A DNA stretch of 64,000 nucleotides from Eledone cirrhosa (GCA_964016885.1 OZ024747.1:2170001-2234000); one strand, 5' to 3'; positions 1 to 14,927 are shown, counted from the stretch's first letter. A program made the numbers and translations. The notes: generated by a model not told the origin, from the sequence alone.

Positions 1-719
1 GGGGGTAATAGAATAAAGTACCAGTAACACACTGGTGTCGATACAATAGAATTTCCCCTCCCACCAAATTGTTGGCCTTGTGCCTAAATTAGAAACCATT
101 ATAAATAAACTCTGACTAGAATTTCATTCTGTTAAACATTACCATTCTATGTAGTTCTACTAAAGTTGTGTTAATATGAGAGGAAAGCTGTAAATTGCGG
201 TTATATTTAAAATAAATATTTTGAAAAAATTCCTAGCAATACCAACTCTCTTCTAATTATACATTATTTATCATCAAAGTTAGCAAGTTAGTACATTCTC
301 TTTCATGCATATTACTATTAAAATTCCTTTTTAATATTTTGCTTTTTTACATTAAAGTGTGTAATTTTATATTCTATAAACAGCCAACAAAAAAGAGAAT
401 ATCTTTTATTTATATATACTGTTTGGGAATATACTTCAATTTAATGGTGTATGAAAGTGTTGATTATGTATGTGTATGTTTATATATTTCATCGTCATCA
501 TCGTTTTATGTTTATGTTCCACACCATTATGGTTTAGACAGGGAGAGACTAAACAGGTCATATGAACATATCTTTGCTTATAAGTTCCAGTCTGGCATCG
601 ATTCTATGGCTAGTTACCTTTCCTAAAACCATCGATATTACAGAGTCTACTGGGTGCATTTTATCATGGGCAAAGGAGAGAATTTTAACAACTGATTTGC
701 AATAGAATTAGTTTAGATG

Positions 720-1395
720 AGATGCAGTGAGATTTTGTTCTAGGGTGGAGTACAACTGGTGGACTCATTTTGGTCAGATTACTGCAAGGAAAGTCTTTAG
801 CTAAGAGTAAACCACTATATCAAGCCTTCATTGATTTGGAGAAGGTCCTTGACAAAATACTTCTACCTGGTCAAAAGTGGTGAGAGTGGATCTCAATATG
901 GTGAACCTCACATAGGAGTGACACAGTAACACAATGAGTGGAAGGAAACTGCATTAGAAAAGACCTGTCCAAGCAATCATGAAAAAAACAGATGTAAAAT
1001 GGACGATGATGAAAATAATGATGGAGAGAAATTAATTAAACATGCTCTATTGGATATGTAATGTTAATGTGCAGGAACAATGAAGCATAAATGAACTAAG
1101 AGAAAAACTAAACATAAGAGGAATTGGATGTTGCATGCAGAAAAGAAGATTGTACTGGCTCAGAGATGTATTGTATATGAATGATGATGACTGGGTGAAG
1201 AAGTGTCTAGAGTTCCAAGTGGAAAGAAGGCATGGTAGAAGAAGACCAAGAAAAACATGGCCAGAGGTAATAAAATCCAATTTCAAGTTTGTACACTTCA
1301 CAAAGGAGATGACAGTAGAGAGATTTTGTACTGAAGAAAGGTTGTCAAACTCACACAAACATTGAAATATGGATGTAAAAACAATGATGATAGTG
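720..1395 (+). mobile_element. Old degenerate RTE fragments
   Basis: MQKRRLYW...DDWVKKC...GRRRPRKTW resembles the RTE C-terminus. A FIDLEK-like remnant lies at about 828-845. Confidence 0.7.
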
Positions 1396-2170
1396 AACAT
1401 TTTGAGGAAAAGATGGCAGTGAATTTGAAGTTTTGCAGAATTCCTCTTCTGACTGTGATTAACAGGTCTTTTGTAGGGGATTATGGCTTCTTTATTAGTT
1501 ATTGGTGAACAGAGTTAGTATTTACATGGAGGTGAGAGACTGATTAGTTGTGTTATTTGTAACGCTATAGCAGTGAAAATGGGTGTATATGTGTGTACTA
1601 TGGATCTTGTTTTGAAAGTCTGTTTGAATAAAAAATGAGTGTAGTTTTGTGGATTTAGGATTGGTTAAAATTTTATGTACATTGGACCTTAACTTAAGAA
1701 AAGCTAGGGAATGTTTTTATCAAAGTAGTTTTGTATTTTTCATAAAATTAGTCAAGTGGAAATAAGAATTTGGAATTCTATTCTTTACATTGAGAACTTA
1801 AGTTTATTTATGGAATATAGATTTGTGAGGAGTGGTAAATTAAAATAGCTATGAATAATAGGTTACTATATACACACACTCTTACTAACAGAGAAAACCT
1901 ATGGTGATGATGATGACATACATGCATAGAATATATACATATGTATGTATGTCATTGTTCATCATCATCGTGTTTGTGTTTCCTGGCATGGATTAGAACA
2001 TTTTCAACCAATGTTTTACTGCCAGATGCTTTTCCTGGTTCCAACCATTTGAATTGCCTCTTACTATGCACAGTGATATGGTGTACCTATTATCGATTCT
2101 ATAAAATAACACTCACACACACACACTCATACATTATTGCTTACATAATTACCTATATATATATATATAC

Positions 2171-2287
<117 letters not shown>

Positions 2288-3064
2288 TAATTATGTAAGC
2301 AATAACCTGAGCTGATCGATATAGAAACAATTGTAATATGAAATAAAGTTTCACAAAAAACTGCAATTCTTATTGTCACTCTCCCTCGCTCTCTCTGTAT
2401 ATATAATATATAATATATATATATACATAATGCTTTCACAGTTTGCAGCCTTGGAAAGAACTCAATATGTATTTAGGTGCAGAGTAGATATAGTAAGATC
2501 CAAATAGACATTGTTTTTGTTGTAGCTAAATCACCGAGTCACTGCATTAGGACTAATAAGACCAGGACAAGACTGGATAAGTCTCATCTGAAGCAATAAC
2601 TCATATTTCACTTTATTTCAATTAGTAAAATGTAATTTAGTAGCCTTAAATTAGTATATGTTAGGTATAATTGGATAAAGTCATTATCGATTATCGCATT
2701 GATATGTTGGAGATGGAAAACTATAATTACTATTTGCCTTTCATCCTTTCAAGGTCAATAAAATATGTACCAGCCTAGTACTGGGGTCGATTCTCTTTCT
2801 GTTCAGACCCAGAGAGGAGATGGGATCCACCAGGTTTAAAGGAAACAAATATAACCTAAGAAATGCCATATGTCAATATGTAAGTGTGGAAAAATGGGTG
2901 TTAGAATGATGATATGTACACATACACATACACACACACATGCATTTATATATATATATATATATATATATGTATTGAAGTTTCCGTTGAAAACAGAAAA
3001 AGTCATTATATATATATATATATTTTTATATTTATATATATATATATTTATATATATATATATT

Positions 3065-3097
<33 letters not shown>

Positions 3098-3098
<1 letters not shown>

Positions 3099-3571
3099 AA
3101 ATAAGTAAGTCAAACATATAAAATTTGGCTTCATTTATTATATATTTCAGTGACAGCTATTATTGGCTGTGACCTCTTCAGGCAGTCTGAATTAGTGTGG
3201 AAAAGACAGGTACAGATGCTGTTGAAGTGTCTTCCACTCTGTCAATACATCGATATTGTTAGACCTCCGAGGAACTGGAATTATATGATTCCAGTTCCTC
3301 GGAGGACTAACAACACACCCAGGAGCTGGACATATCGATGAATTGACAGAGTGGAACACACTTCAACAACATCTGTATCTGTCTTTTCCACACTAATTCG
3401 GACTAACTGAAGAGGTCACAGCCAATAATAGCTGTCACTGAAATATATATATCTAAAATTTATAATAAACGAGGCCAAATTTTACATGTTTGACTTGCTT
3501 ATTTTACATTACTCCGGAGTAAACAAACCAACCTACATACTGAGGTGTCGGTAAACAACCAACATATACTC

Positions 3572-3572
<1 letters not shown>
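3098..3572. mobile_element. About 400-bp foldback element with hammerhead-like cores in both arms (Penelope-like terminus)
   Basis: 3098-3505 is an imperfect palindrome centred near 3281. CUGAAGA (3407), a stem and GAAAUAUAUAUA (3440) lie in the right arm. Flanked by (TA)n. Confidence 0.65.
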
Positions 3573-3604
<32 letters not shown>

Positions 3605-5433
3605 ATGTATGTATATGTATGTATAAAGGAATTGTATTTATTTAGGAATATGTTATTGTTAAAGATACATACATTTGATACATCTGCATAAATATATTTA
3701 TTTTCTGATATTTATAGATAGAGATTTCTAGACACATAAATCACTGGGTCATGATGGTGTCGGGGCTGCTGCTGTTGTTGTTGTTGCTGGTGGTGATGTT
3801 GGTGTTGTTTTTGTTGCAGCTTCTGCTGATGTTGTTGGTGTTGATTTTGTCGCAGCTTCTGCTGATGTTGTTGTTGCTGTTAGCTACAAAATCTGCTAAC
3901 ATGGAGCAAACCCTCCATGAAAGCATTCAAACCATGTCTATGCCATCTTATTTTTATTCAATATATGTAGAACTACGTCCTGGAATATATTCTCCTCTTT
4001 TTGTATTTAGCTGCTATTTCTAGCACGTCGAATGACCATGTAGTGTCTCATCTCACTCTGTAAGTGTATGTATGCAGATTTATGTGTATTTCTCTGTTTA
4101 GTCGTTAGGTTTGAAAGTAAAGCATAAAAAAAGGGGCAAGATGTAAAAAATAGGAATAAGACTGACCACAATATAGTTCTATATCATTATTGTTGCCATG
4201 ACCCTGTTTAGTGAGAGAGAGGGTCAGTAGCCATGACCCTGGTTAGTCAGAGAGAGAGGTCAGTAGCCTTGACCCAGTTTAGATTCTTCAAGATTAGTTG
4301 CAATTTTTTTTTTAAAATATACACAATTTAATAATGAGTAACTACATAAATGAATGACTTTAAAATAATTAGAAAAACACTAGAAATATAAAAAAAAAGA
4401 AAATGAAGGGAAAAGAAAGGGCTCTAGGGCCACATAAGGGGAGGGGGAGGGGGTGATGGGCTCTGGGCCTAGTGGGTGGCAGTGTTGGGGTTGCGCCCTG
4501 CAGACAATACCACAACATACTGAATTCTGCTAAAAGGACGAAGGGACAGGTGATGATGTTAAACCAAGAAACAGATTAACTCTAACATCTAAGTAGAACA
4601 ATGTGGGATTTGAACTTAGAACAGAAAGATCCAGAACAAATACTACGGCATCTTTTCCTAACACTTTAACATTTCTGCCAATTCACTGGTTTAAACAGCT
4701 GCTTTATTTTCTTGACCAACAAAAGGACAGAAAGCAAAGTTGACAGGGCAGAGATTTGACCTCACCTCCTCGGCACGGCTGTTCCTCCTCATAATGGTGC
4801 CATCTAGTTCCATACAGTAAATGTGGTTGGTGTTAGGAAGGACATCCAGCTGTAAAATCCCTGGCGAAATTTACTGTCCGGTCAGAGCAAGGTATGGAGT
4901 GGCCAATTCTAGCCAGACTTGTCTCTTGACATGGACGACCTGTCTAACCTCTGCAAGCATAGAAAAATGGATGTTAAATGGTAACGATAATGATGATGAT
5001 GAACTGCAAGAGATAGAATAAATACCACAAAGTATTTTTTACGATACACTAACAACACTAAGTCCATCAGTTCAAGTAATATAAATGACCTCTATAGTGA
5101 CCTAGTGGAGATTGCAGCCAGTATATTTATCCTTACTGAACATACAATTTCTGTGGATTTAGTTTAGCATTCAGAAGAATTTTCTTTTGTGACAAAAACT
5201 GTCAGAAAAACCTGACAGTGATATACACATATAACTATATATATATATATAACTATATATATATATAACTATATACACATATAACTATATATATATATAA
5301 CTATATACACATATAACTGTATATATATGTATATGTGTGTGTGGATTTATATATATATACAAATATACATATATTTCTGTATGTATTTATGAATATACAT
5401 ATACATGTATGTATATATATATATGTATATCTA

Positions 5434-5521
<88 letters not shown>

Positions 5522-5821
5522 CATACACACATAAATACACACACATAATTGTATATTTACAGTACACATGCAGCTTTTGTATGCTAATAGATCCAATACC
5601 ATCATTTGCATTTACACCTTATTTGCATATTAATACATATTGATAGATGTAAAATAGAATTGGTCAAGTGAATAAAGCACAGTAGACTGTTGGCTGTTAA
5701 GACAGGAGTCATATTTACTACATGTTGTTTATTTCTTTAGCTAGGACATTAAACCATACATCTTCCTCTTCCACAACTGAACAGAACAATTGTTTTATAT
5801 TTTATGTACAGCTTACACTAC

Positions 5822-6766
5822 GGGACATTCCTTGGTGGTGGAATGGAGGTGACAATGGTTTTCTGGGAGATTTCTTAGTGGAGGAATGGAGGTGACAATG
5901 GTTTTCTGGGAGATTTCTTAGTGGAGGAATGGAGGTGACAATGGTTTTCTGGGAGATTTCTTAGTGGAGGAATGGAGGTGACAATGGTTTTCTGGGAGAT
6001 TTCTTAGTGGAGGAATGGAGGTGACAATGGTTTTCTGGGAGATTTCTTAGTGGAGGAATGGAGGTGACAATGGTTTTCTGGGAGATTTCTTAGTGGAGGA
6101 ATGGAGGTGACAATGGTTTTCTGGGAGATTTCTTAATGGAGGAATGGAGGTGACATTGGTTTTCTGGGAGATTTCTTATTGGAGGAATGGAGGTGACAAT
6201 AGTTTTCTGGGAGATTTCTTAGTGGAGGAATGGAGGTGACAATGGTTTTCTGGGAGATTTCTTAGTGGAGGAATGGAGGTGACAATGGTTTTCTGGGAGA
6301 TTTCTTAGTGGAGGAATGGAGGTGACAATGGTTTTCTGGGAGATTTCTTAGTGGAGGAATGGAGGTGACAATGGTTTTCTGGGAGATTTCTTAGTAGTGG
6401 AATGGAGGTGACAATAGTTTTCTGGGAGATTTCTTAGTGGAGGAATGGAGGTGACAATGGTTTTCTGGGAGATTTCTTAGTGGTGGAATGGAGGTGACAA
6501 TAGTTTTCTGGGAGATTTCTTAGTGGTGGAATGGAGGTGACAATAGTTTTCTGGGAGATTTCTTAGTGGAGGAATGGAGGTGACAATGGTTTTCTGGGAG
6601 ATTTCTTAGTGGTGGAATGGAGGTGACAATAGTTTTCTGGGAGATTTCTTAGTGGTGGAATGGAGGTGACAATAGTTTTCTGGGAGATTTCTTAGTGGAG
6701 GAATGGAGGTGACAATGGTTTTCTGGGAGATTTCTTAGTGGAGGAATGGAGGTGACATTGGTTTTC
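5822..6766. repeat. 43-bp minisatellite, about 22 copies
   Basis: Unit GGGAGATTTCTTAGTGGAGGAATGGAGGTGACAATGGTTTTCT. Confidence 0.95.
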
Positions 6767-7026
6767 TTACTTTTAAATAAAGGTTTCTGATTTAGGCCCA
6801 TATATGTATGTGTGTAAATATATATATATAGAGAGAGAAAGAGATAGAGAGAGTGTCTGTAGTATGGAGACTAAGAATACCTCATATCAGTGAAGTACAT
6901 GGTATAATGTAGAGTGGGTATATTAGTGAGGTAAAGGATTGACTGTGAGTTCAAGCAGTTTTGGCTAGTAACCACCTGAGCTCGATGTTAATCTCCTACC
7001 TCACTAATGTAATATATGTGTGTATG

Positions 7027-7306
7027 AAGGATCAGATTTAGACCTTAGGGGGCCCAGGGCACTTCAGGTTTGGGGACCACTCATACACAAGAAATTTGAG
7101 TATACAGCAACCACCCCCAATTATAAATACCAAAATTATCTTGGCGCAAGTAAATGGAATTAAAAAGTTATACATACAGGTATTAAATTAAAAAATTCTA
7201 ACCACCCTAAAACTAAAACCCCCAGCTGAGGGCACAAATAAATTTCTACATCTGTCACTGATAGGTTCCCCCACTGCCACCTTTACCCCCATTAAATCTG
7301 GCCCTA
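7027..7306. mobile_element. hAT-type MITE
   Basis: Imperfect TIRs aggatcagattta / taaatctggccct, with an 8-bp direct repeat TGTGTATG on both sides (7019-7026, 7307-7314). Confidence 0.6.
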
Positions 7307-7994
7307 TGTGTATGTGTGTATTTTTAGGCTTACACAGTACTGTACCACATGAATATTTACTTTTCTAGCTTTCTACTTTGAAATACAAGATGCGAGCTGA
7401 TATTTTATTTTCTCTGAGAATCCACTGTTCTGGATAGTTGCATTGCAATAGAAAGTAGAATTGGTACACTTGGTTTCATCTGAAGATAATGATGCTATAC
7501 ACTCACTTGTTAGAAATTAAATTACGTAAAATTCTAGATGGGTATTTGGAATTGTGATATAGAATAAATAGAATTTATTTTGAATAAATTAGTTTAATAG
7601 GTGGTCTAAATTTGTTAGTCTCTCACTTCAAAGAACTGTCTGAAATATTTCCTACAATGTGAACAAGAGGGATTAAAGAGAGACTTAAATACTGAAAGTA
7701 AATTTATTTAGTATATTCATTGGTAGCTGCAGGGCTGGATATATTGGGAGTGGTGTGGGCAAATGCCCTGGGCTGCCACCTCATCAAACACAGCCCCCTC
7801 CCACCTCCTCTCTGACCAGGGCACCTTTTCTCTCTCTCTCACTTTCTCTCTTCTTGCTTATGTGTGTACACACACACTCACACACATACACAGACATATA
7901 TAAATATATATATATACACACACTCACACTCACACACAGACATATATATATATTTGTGTCAAAGGCATGACATCTCCTGAGCATTCAGTGGATA

Positions 7995-8026
<32 letters not shown>

Positions 8027-8063
8027 CACATACACACTCACACACATACACAGACACATATAA

Positions 8064-8347
<284 letters not shown>

Positions 8348-9529
8348 TTACACTCACACATATATATATATATATATTTATGTGAAAGGCATGACAACAT
8401 CCCCTGAGCATTCAGTGGAATGTGAGATAGTACATAAGCAAGACACAGATTCCTGGGAGCTCAGTGGCTCTGGTTCAGAACTGACTTGGTCTGTATGGAC
8501 CTGTCCAACTAGCATGGAGAGCAGACATTAATACCTAACACCTTTCGTAACTGTACTCCTTGTTGCTGTTATTTACTTTTCCAATATATATATATATACG
8601 GTGATATAATGGTATAGTCCTAGTGAAAGTGCATGGCTTAGTGGTTAGAGGAGTTAGGTTGTAAGTTCAATTCTTGGACTGGCTGATGTGCTGTATCCTT
8701 GTGTAAGACACTTTCACGTTGCTCCAGTTTATTCAGCAGAACAAATGAGTTGCGATGTCACTGGTGCCAAGCTGTATCAGCCATTTCCTTTCTCTTGGAC
8801 AATATTGATGCCATGGATGTTTATGCAGGTGTGGCAAGCCACATATATTCTAGCGATTAGAAAAGCAAAACTGCTTCACCTTTGAAAGAGGGATGACTCA
8901 AGAAGATTATCTCTAATCAATCATTTCAATGACCAAAGTCATTTATTCCAACCATGACTACCCTGAATATTTTCAGGAATATCCATTTCTATATTATTAC
9001 GTAATGTCTTTTTTTTTTTACATATTAAAGGTGGTGGGTGAGAATTAAAGTAGATTTGGTTAATATTTTTTTCAGGTCAAGCAACCATTTTTTGTTATTT
9101 AACCCTAGCTTAATATAATTAAAAGTATTTTAACCATGAAAATCTTGTCTCTTTGTATAGCCACGACCACAATATTCACAGAATCATTTCTTTTTTTTAT
9201 GATGTTTGGCATGAGGTGCATTTAGCTACTCTTTCTAGCAGGTTGTCAAGCATTCATATTTTGTTGTTATTGTTGGTACATTTTTTTTTCATCTCTCATT
9301 ATTGATCAATTATAGTAGAGAGAAAGATAATAAGGAATCTGAACGTCTGCTACACTGTGTGTTTGTCTAATATTACTAGAGAAAAACTGGATATCTATAT
9401 CTGTGGTATTACATGGAATTCTGCAACATGAAGATTATAGCTAATTGATTATAGTAGATGGTGCCAGCTAAAGAGAGGAAGTTCTTGTCTCTTTACAATA
9501 TCAATAATCCTGTCTAGTTTTGTGAAAGG

Positions 9530-10400
9530 AGGTGTGTGGTGTGGTGGTGTGGTGGTGTGGTGGTGTGTGGTGGTGTGGTGGTGTGTGGTGTGGTGTGGTG
9601 TGGTGGTGTGGTGGTGTGGTGGTGGTGTGGTGTGGTGGTGTGGTGTGGTGCTGTGGTGGTGGTGGTGGTGTGGTGGTGGGGTGTGTGGTGGTGTGGTGGT
9701 GTGGTGGTGGTGTGGTGTGGTGGTGTGGTGTGGTGCTGTGGTGGTGGTGGTGGTGTGGTGGTGTGGTGGTGTGGTGGTGTAGTGGTGTGTGGTGGTGTGG
9801 TGGTGTGTGGTGTGGTGTGGTGGTGTGGTGGTGTGGTGGTGGTGTGGTGTGGTGGTGTGGTGTGGTGCTGTGGTGGTGGTGGTGTGGTGGTGGCGGGGTG
9901 TGTGGTGGTGTGGTGGTGTGGTGGTGGTGTGGTGTGGTGCTGTGGTGGTGGTGGTGGTGTGGTGGTGGGGTGTGTGGTGGTGGTGGTGTGGTGGTGTGGT
10001 GTGTGGTGTGGTGGTGGTGGTGTGGTGGTGTGTGGTGTGGTGTGGTAGTGGTGTGGTATGGTGTGGTGGTGAGGTGATGTGGTGTGGTGTGGTGGTGTGG
10101 GGTGTGGTGTGGTGGTGGTGTGGTGGTGTGGTGGTGGTGGTGTGTGGTGGTGTGGTGGTGGTGGTGTGTGGTGGTGGTGGTGGTGTGTGGTGGTGGTGAT
10201 GTGGTGGTGTTGTGGTGGTGGTGTGTGGTGGTGTGGTGTGTGGTGTGGTGTGGTGGTGATGTGGTGGTGTGTGGTGGTGTGGTGGTGTGGTGGTGGTGTA
10301 TGGCAGGGTGGTGGTGTGGTGGTGTGTGGTGGTGTGGTGTTGTGGTGGTGTGGTGGTGTGGTGGTGGTGGTGGTGTGGTGTGGTGTTGTGGTGGTGTATG
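9530..10400. repeat. Complex (GTG/TG)n G-rich simple repeat
   Basis: Mixed TGG, TG and TGTGG units. Confidence 0.95.
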
Positions 10401-12319
10401 GCAGGGAAGGGAGGTAGGACAAAGAAAGCAATTCTATGCACAAACAAACTAATCTAGAAATTCCTTTTATTTTTGATATTTGCTTCCTAAGACTGGAATC
10501 AGTTACATTTGGTAACTTCCATATCAGTCTTACTTTACTTTCGGCTTTTCTTTTTTATCAACAAGAAACACTCACTTTTTTCCTTATTATTTCTCTTCTG
10601 CTTCTTGTTTTCCTTACAGGAAATAAAGAATATACATTCCTATCAGTTATGTTATCAAACATATCTAGCAGTATGCTTTTTATCTCTTGTTTTTCCTTTT
10701 TTTTTTTTGCACTGTATATAGCTGCATAGTAGTTCTATAATAGGTTTCAATTTTTATATTTATGATAAGAAATCTCTGTTTTTTAAATCAGGATCTCAAT
10801 TTTTTTCCACAGCTTCAGATCTTTATCATTTAAACTAGATATTGATATTGGAATATTTTTGCTGTGTTTAGAAACTGAACCAACAAATATGTATTGTAGA
10901 ATGGTAGGCAGAATTGATTATTGTTATGATAAACACTTCACATATATTCACTTTTGTTACTCTGCTGTAGATATTCAATGTCTTTTACATTAATTTAAGT
11001 TTTGCAATACAGAATTACCATATCTCATTTAGTCTGTCTGTATCTAGCTTCAAAAATTGCACTAAAAATAATATTTTTTGTTTAAAATAAGGACATGATC
11101 AACAGGATCCAAGACCTTATTTGGTTAATGAATAGAAGAGATCTCATCAAATTGGACCAAAGAAACAATGTTTCCATTGGTCTTTCCATTGTTGATACTA
11201 TCTACTAGTTGCAACTACTGGCATAAAGAGCAACATGAAATAAAGGGTCTTTCTCAAAGACATAACACATTGCCCAGTCCAGGAATCAAACTCACTAACC
11301 ATTAAGCCACGTAGCTTCTCTTTGAGATAATAGACATAATTAACATTTGATTGCAATCCTCTCATCTGTTGTGGTTCCATTGTCCTGATCATTGCTGCAA
11401 TTTTAACTCAAAGTGACAGAAACAACATGTCCAATGCCATAACAATGTTGTCAATCCAGTGTTGTAAACTTGTAGGTCTTTTATTCTATTGACTCTGAAT
11501 AGATAAAAGACAAAGTTGACTTCAGCAAGATTTGAATTAAAACAGATGACACAAAATAATGAACAATGTTTTCAATATTCTAGAGTTTACCAAAAAATCA
11601 AAGCTAATCAAATATGCTGCCCTTCCTATAATGTATATCATTATACAGGTATGGAGCCGTAACTTCTGAGGGAGTCATTAGGGCGCCATATTGATACACA
11701 GTGTTTTGTAGGGCATTTTATAACCTGGAAGAGACCATCCCTTCTCCAGGCCTAAATACAACAGATTTCTTCCAGAGAAGGATTGAGAGTGAGAGAAAGG
11801 AAGTGAGAAAGAGATATAGAGGAAGAATCAACCTCATTACTAGACTGGTACTTTTTTATTGACCCTAAAAGGATAAAAGGTAAAGCTGACCTTGGTGGGA
11901 TTTGAAGTCAGAGAGAAGAGAACCATAATGAATACCACAAAACATTCTATTTGACATTCTAACAACTCTGTCAATTTGCTGCCTTAATATCAAACTCAAA
12001 ATATTCTAAAATTCTGTTTTTCTTTCAAATTTATTTCTATTCAACTGAAAAGAAACTATCCAAATAAGGAAATTAAATTTCTTTAATATTTTCCTGATAT
12101 TTAGTTCTCTTGGATGAAAATCTAATGAAGTTATTGAAATTACTGCAGGTTTTTCTTCATGTTGTTTTATTGTTGTATATTTTGATATGTTTCTTGAATA
12201 CTCTTTAAATAGTTGATTCTAAAATCATTTTTATCTTTTTTCTTTTTAAATTCCAGGTTAAATGTTGATGGATCCATTTAGATACTTTACTGTGATGCTA
12301 TTAGTCACTTCCATTAAGG

Positions 12320-14737
12320 ATGATTGATATTCTAGAAAGATGCCTCATTTTTTCATTGCTGTACACGTTATTATGTGCAGAAGTGATCTTCAGAGTAAAA
12401 GAAGGCCAAAATATAGGTAGTAAAGTTGGAGACATTGCACATAGTACACAATTGCTAGACAGCTTATCGAGGACAGAGACAAACCTTATCTGGTTTAGTC
12501 AATTAAAACAAGGTACTATTAGAGGCTCAGAGTTGTTCAATGTTTCAAAGTCAGGAAAACTGTACACTGCTAAAGTGTTAGATGCTGAATTGCTTTGCAA
12601 ATACAACACAGATTGTTTCAAAATGGTGGAAGTTGCAGTTCGGAAAAAGGAGTCATTTATAAAAATAATAGAAGTAAAAGTTTTTATTGAAGATATTAAT
12701 GATAACAAACCAGAGTTTCCTAGTGAAGAAATTCACATAAAATTTTCAGAAAGAGATAGCAGAGGATCCAAAATATCCATTCCAAATGCAGTTGACAAAG
12801 ATATGGCAGCAATTAATTCAAAAATTAAATACCAGCTCAGAAAAAATACAAATGAACCTTTTACTCTTTCAGTCACTAAAAAAGGATTTGACACTTCAAA
12901 ATTAGAAATAAAATTGGAGAAGAAACTGGACAGAGAGGTAAAAGATAAATATTGGATACAAATCATTGCTAAAGATGAAGGTTATCCACCAATGCAGAGT
13001 GTATTAAATATTCATGTAGATGTTACAGATGAAAATGATAATCCTCCCATTTTCTCACAGAATATCTATAATATATCTGTTAATACTAAACATAGAAGAG
13101 ATATCCCAATAGTTATTTTATCAGCAAGTGACAATGATTTAGGTCAAAATGGTAAAGTTTCTTATTTTTTTGGTTCAAAGACAGCAAATATTGTCAAAAC
13201 ATGTTTTGAATTAAAAAAGTCAACTGGAGAAATTTTCTTACTTAAAACACACCCTTCAACCCCAAAGCAAGTACAAATTCTTCAGATAGAAGCAAAAGAT
13301 GGAGGTAGTCCACCACTAAGTTCCACTGCTAAGGTGATTGTAAATATGGTAAGTCAAAAGAACAATGCTCCGGTTATAGATATGAACTTTATTTCAGAAT
13401 CACTGGGAAATGTAGCTACTATTTCTGAAGGCATCGAAGTTGGAAGTTTTATAGCTTATGTGAAAATAACAGACAATGATGTAGGGTCAAATGGAGAGGT
13501 CAGCTGCAGCCTCCACCATAATATATTACTGCTTCAGAGTCTGGGCAGAAAGAAATATAAGATTTTGGTTAAGAATAGAATTGACAGAGAAGAAAAAAGC
13601 AATATTGATTTTACCATTACTTGTAAGGACAAAGCATCAGCACCAATGAAAACACAACGCAGATTTTCCATCCAAGTGATGGATGTCAATGATGAAAAGC
13701 CACAATTCACTAAAGATACATTCAAATTTCTGACTTATGAGAATGAAAAGCCAAATTTTCCTGTTGGTTTCATTAATGCCTCAGATCCTGATCTTGGACT
13801 GGGAGGTCAATTGATGTATTCTTTATTCAGTAAAAAGAATCAAGTTGTTCCTTTCAAGATTTCGAATTTTGGATTTATTTCAACATTGGAACCACTGGAC
13901 CGTGAAAAGCAGAATATTTATGAATTCCAGGCTTTAGTAAGAGATAGTGGAATTCCACTGCTTAATAATACCACCAATGTTATTATTGAAGTTATGGATG
14001 AGAATGACAATGCCCCATATTTTACATTTCCCAGTGTTAACCCTTTCACTCTCGACATTCATTATGATCCACAAAGTAACAATGATGTCACAACACTGAG
14101 AGCCTCTGATAGAGACAGTCATGTGAATGCTTTTCTCAGATATGAAATAATTGGAGGAAACCATAAACAGTTATTTATTGTTAATCCTTATACCGGAGTA
14201 TTGTCTTTCTCTCGTCCAGTTTACCAAAATGATGCTGGGTCATATGACCTAAAATTTGTAGTGAAGGATAGTGGTACTCCAGTATTATCAGCCACCACTA
14301 CAGTATTTCTAATGTTAACAGTCAGTAACAGTACTTCACAACTTTATACAGCTCAACATACTGAGTCAGATGACATGATACATATCAGTTTAGTAGTAAT
14401 AATTGTAATAGCAGCTGTGATAATATCTACAGCTATTGTAGTCTCTATAATAGTCTGCATTGTTCAAAGACAGAATCAGAGAGATGTTCAATATGGATAC
14501 CGAACTGATACAAATAATGAATTCGTTGGAGACAAAAGACAATCTGAATGTGCAGCAGAGTTGATGTGTCCTGAATATGATGTACCTGTCCCTATCTTAA
14601 AGCACCCATGTAGTAGCCAAAGTTCCAAAGTAGCTTCACTTAGGAAAGAATCCCAAACAGAATTTAACCAAAGTTTCAACTATGAAGGCGCTGCTTCAGA
14701 CTTTCAACTGAAGACAATGGCAGACAGTACTTACCAA
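12320..14737 (+). CDS. Protocadherin, large coding exon (signal peptide, 6 cadherin repeats, TM, proximal cytoplasmic part)
   Basis: 810-aa ORF with DINDNKPEF, DENDNPPIF, DVNDEKPQF and DENDNAPYF linkers, LDRE and AxDxG motifs, an EC1 C-X5-C (CKYNTDC), and TM ISLVVIIVIAAVIISTAIVVSIIVCIV. Upstream acceptor is a pyrimidine tract plus ttccag| with exon start 12257. Donor CAA|GTAAGT follows 14737 (phase 0). Confidence 0.96.
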
Positions 14738-14878
14738 GTAAGTGATAGTTAGTCTTTGTAACTTTCATCATTAAATTTTGTAAGTATTGTATTTGTCAAA
14801 AAAAAAAAAAAAAAAAAAAAATGACATGTTGAAAATTATGAAATATATGCATGATTAGTGTAAAGAAATATATTAGTG

Positions 14879-14917
<39 letters not shown>

Positions 14918-14927
14918 ATATATATAT

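Noticed and set aside
5822-6766. CRISPR-like regular array (also 63305-63705, 49043-49292, 26780-27160)
   Set aside because: No unique spacers, no cas genes, and eukaryotic context. These are ordinary minisatellites.
9449-10457. Long His/Thr/Pro and Val/Trp/Cys/Gly ORFs
   Set aside because: Translations of a GTG simple repeat that is open in many frames.
10590-10625. Strong splice acceptor ttttccttacag|G
   Set aside because: No matching donor or ORF found, so an exon cannot be supported.
14738-14752. VSDS* as the true C-terminus of the protocadherin
   Set aside because: It overlaps a consensus GTAAGT donor and in-phase downstream exons exist. At most it is a minor isoform.
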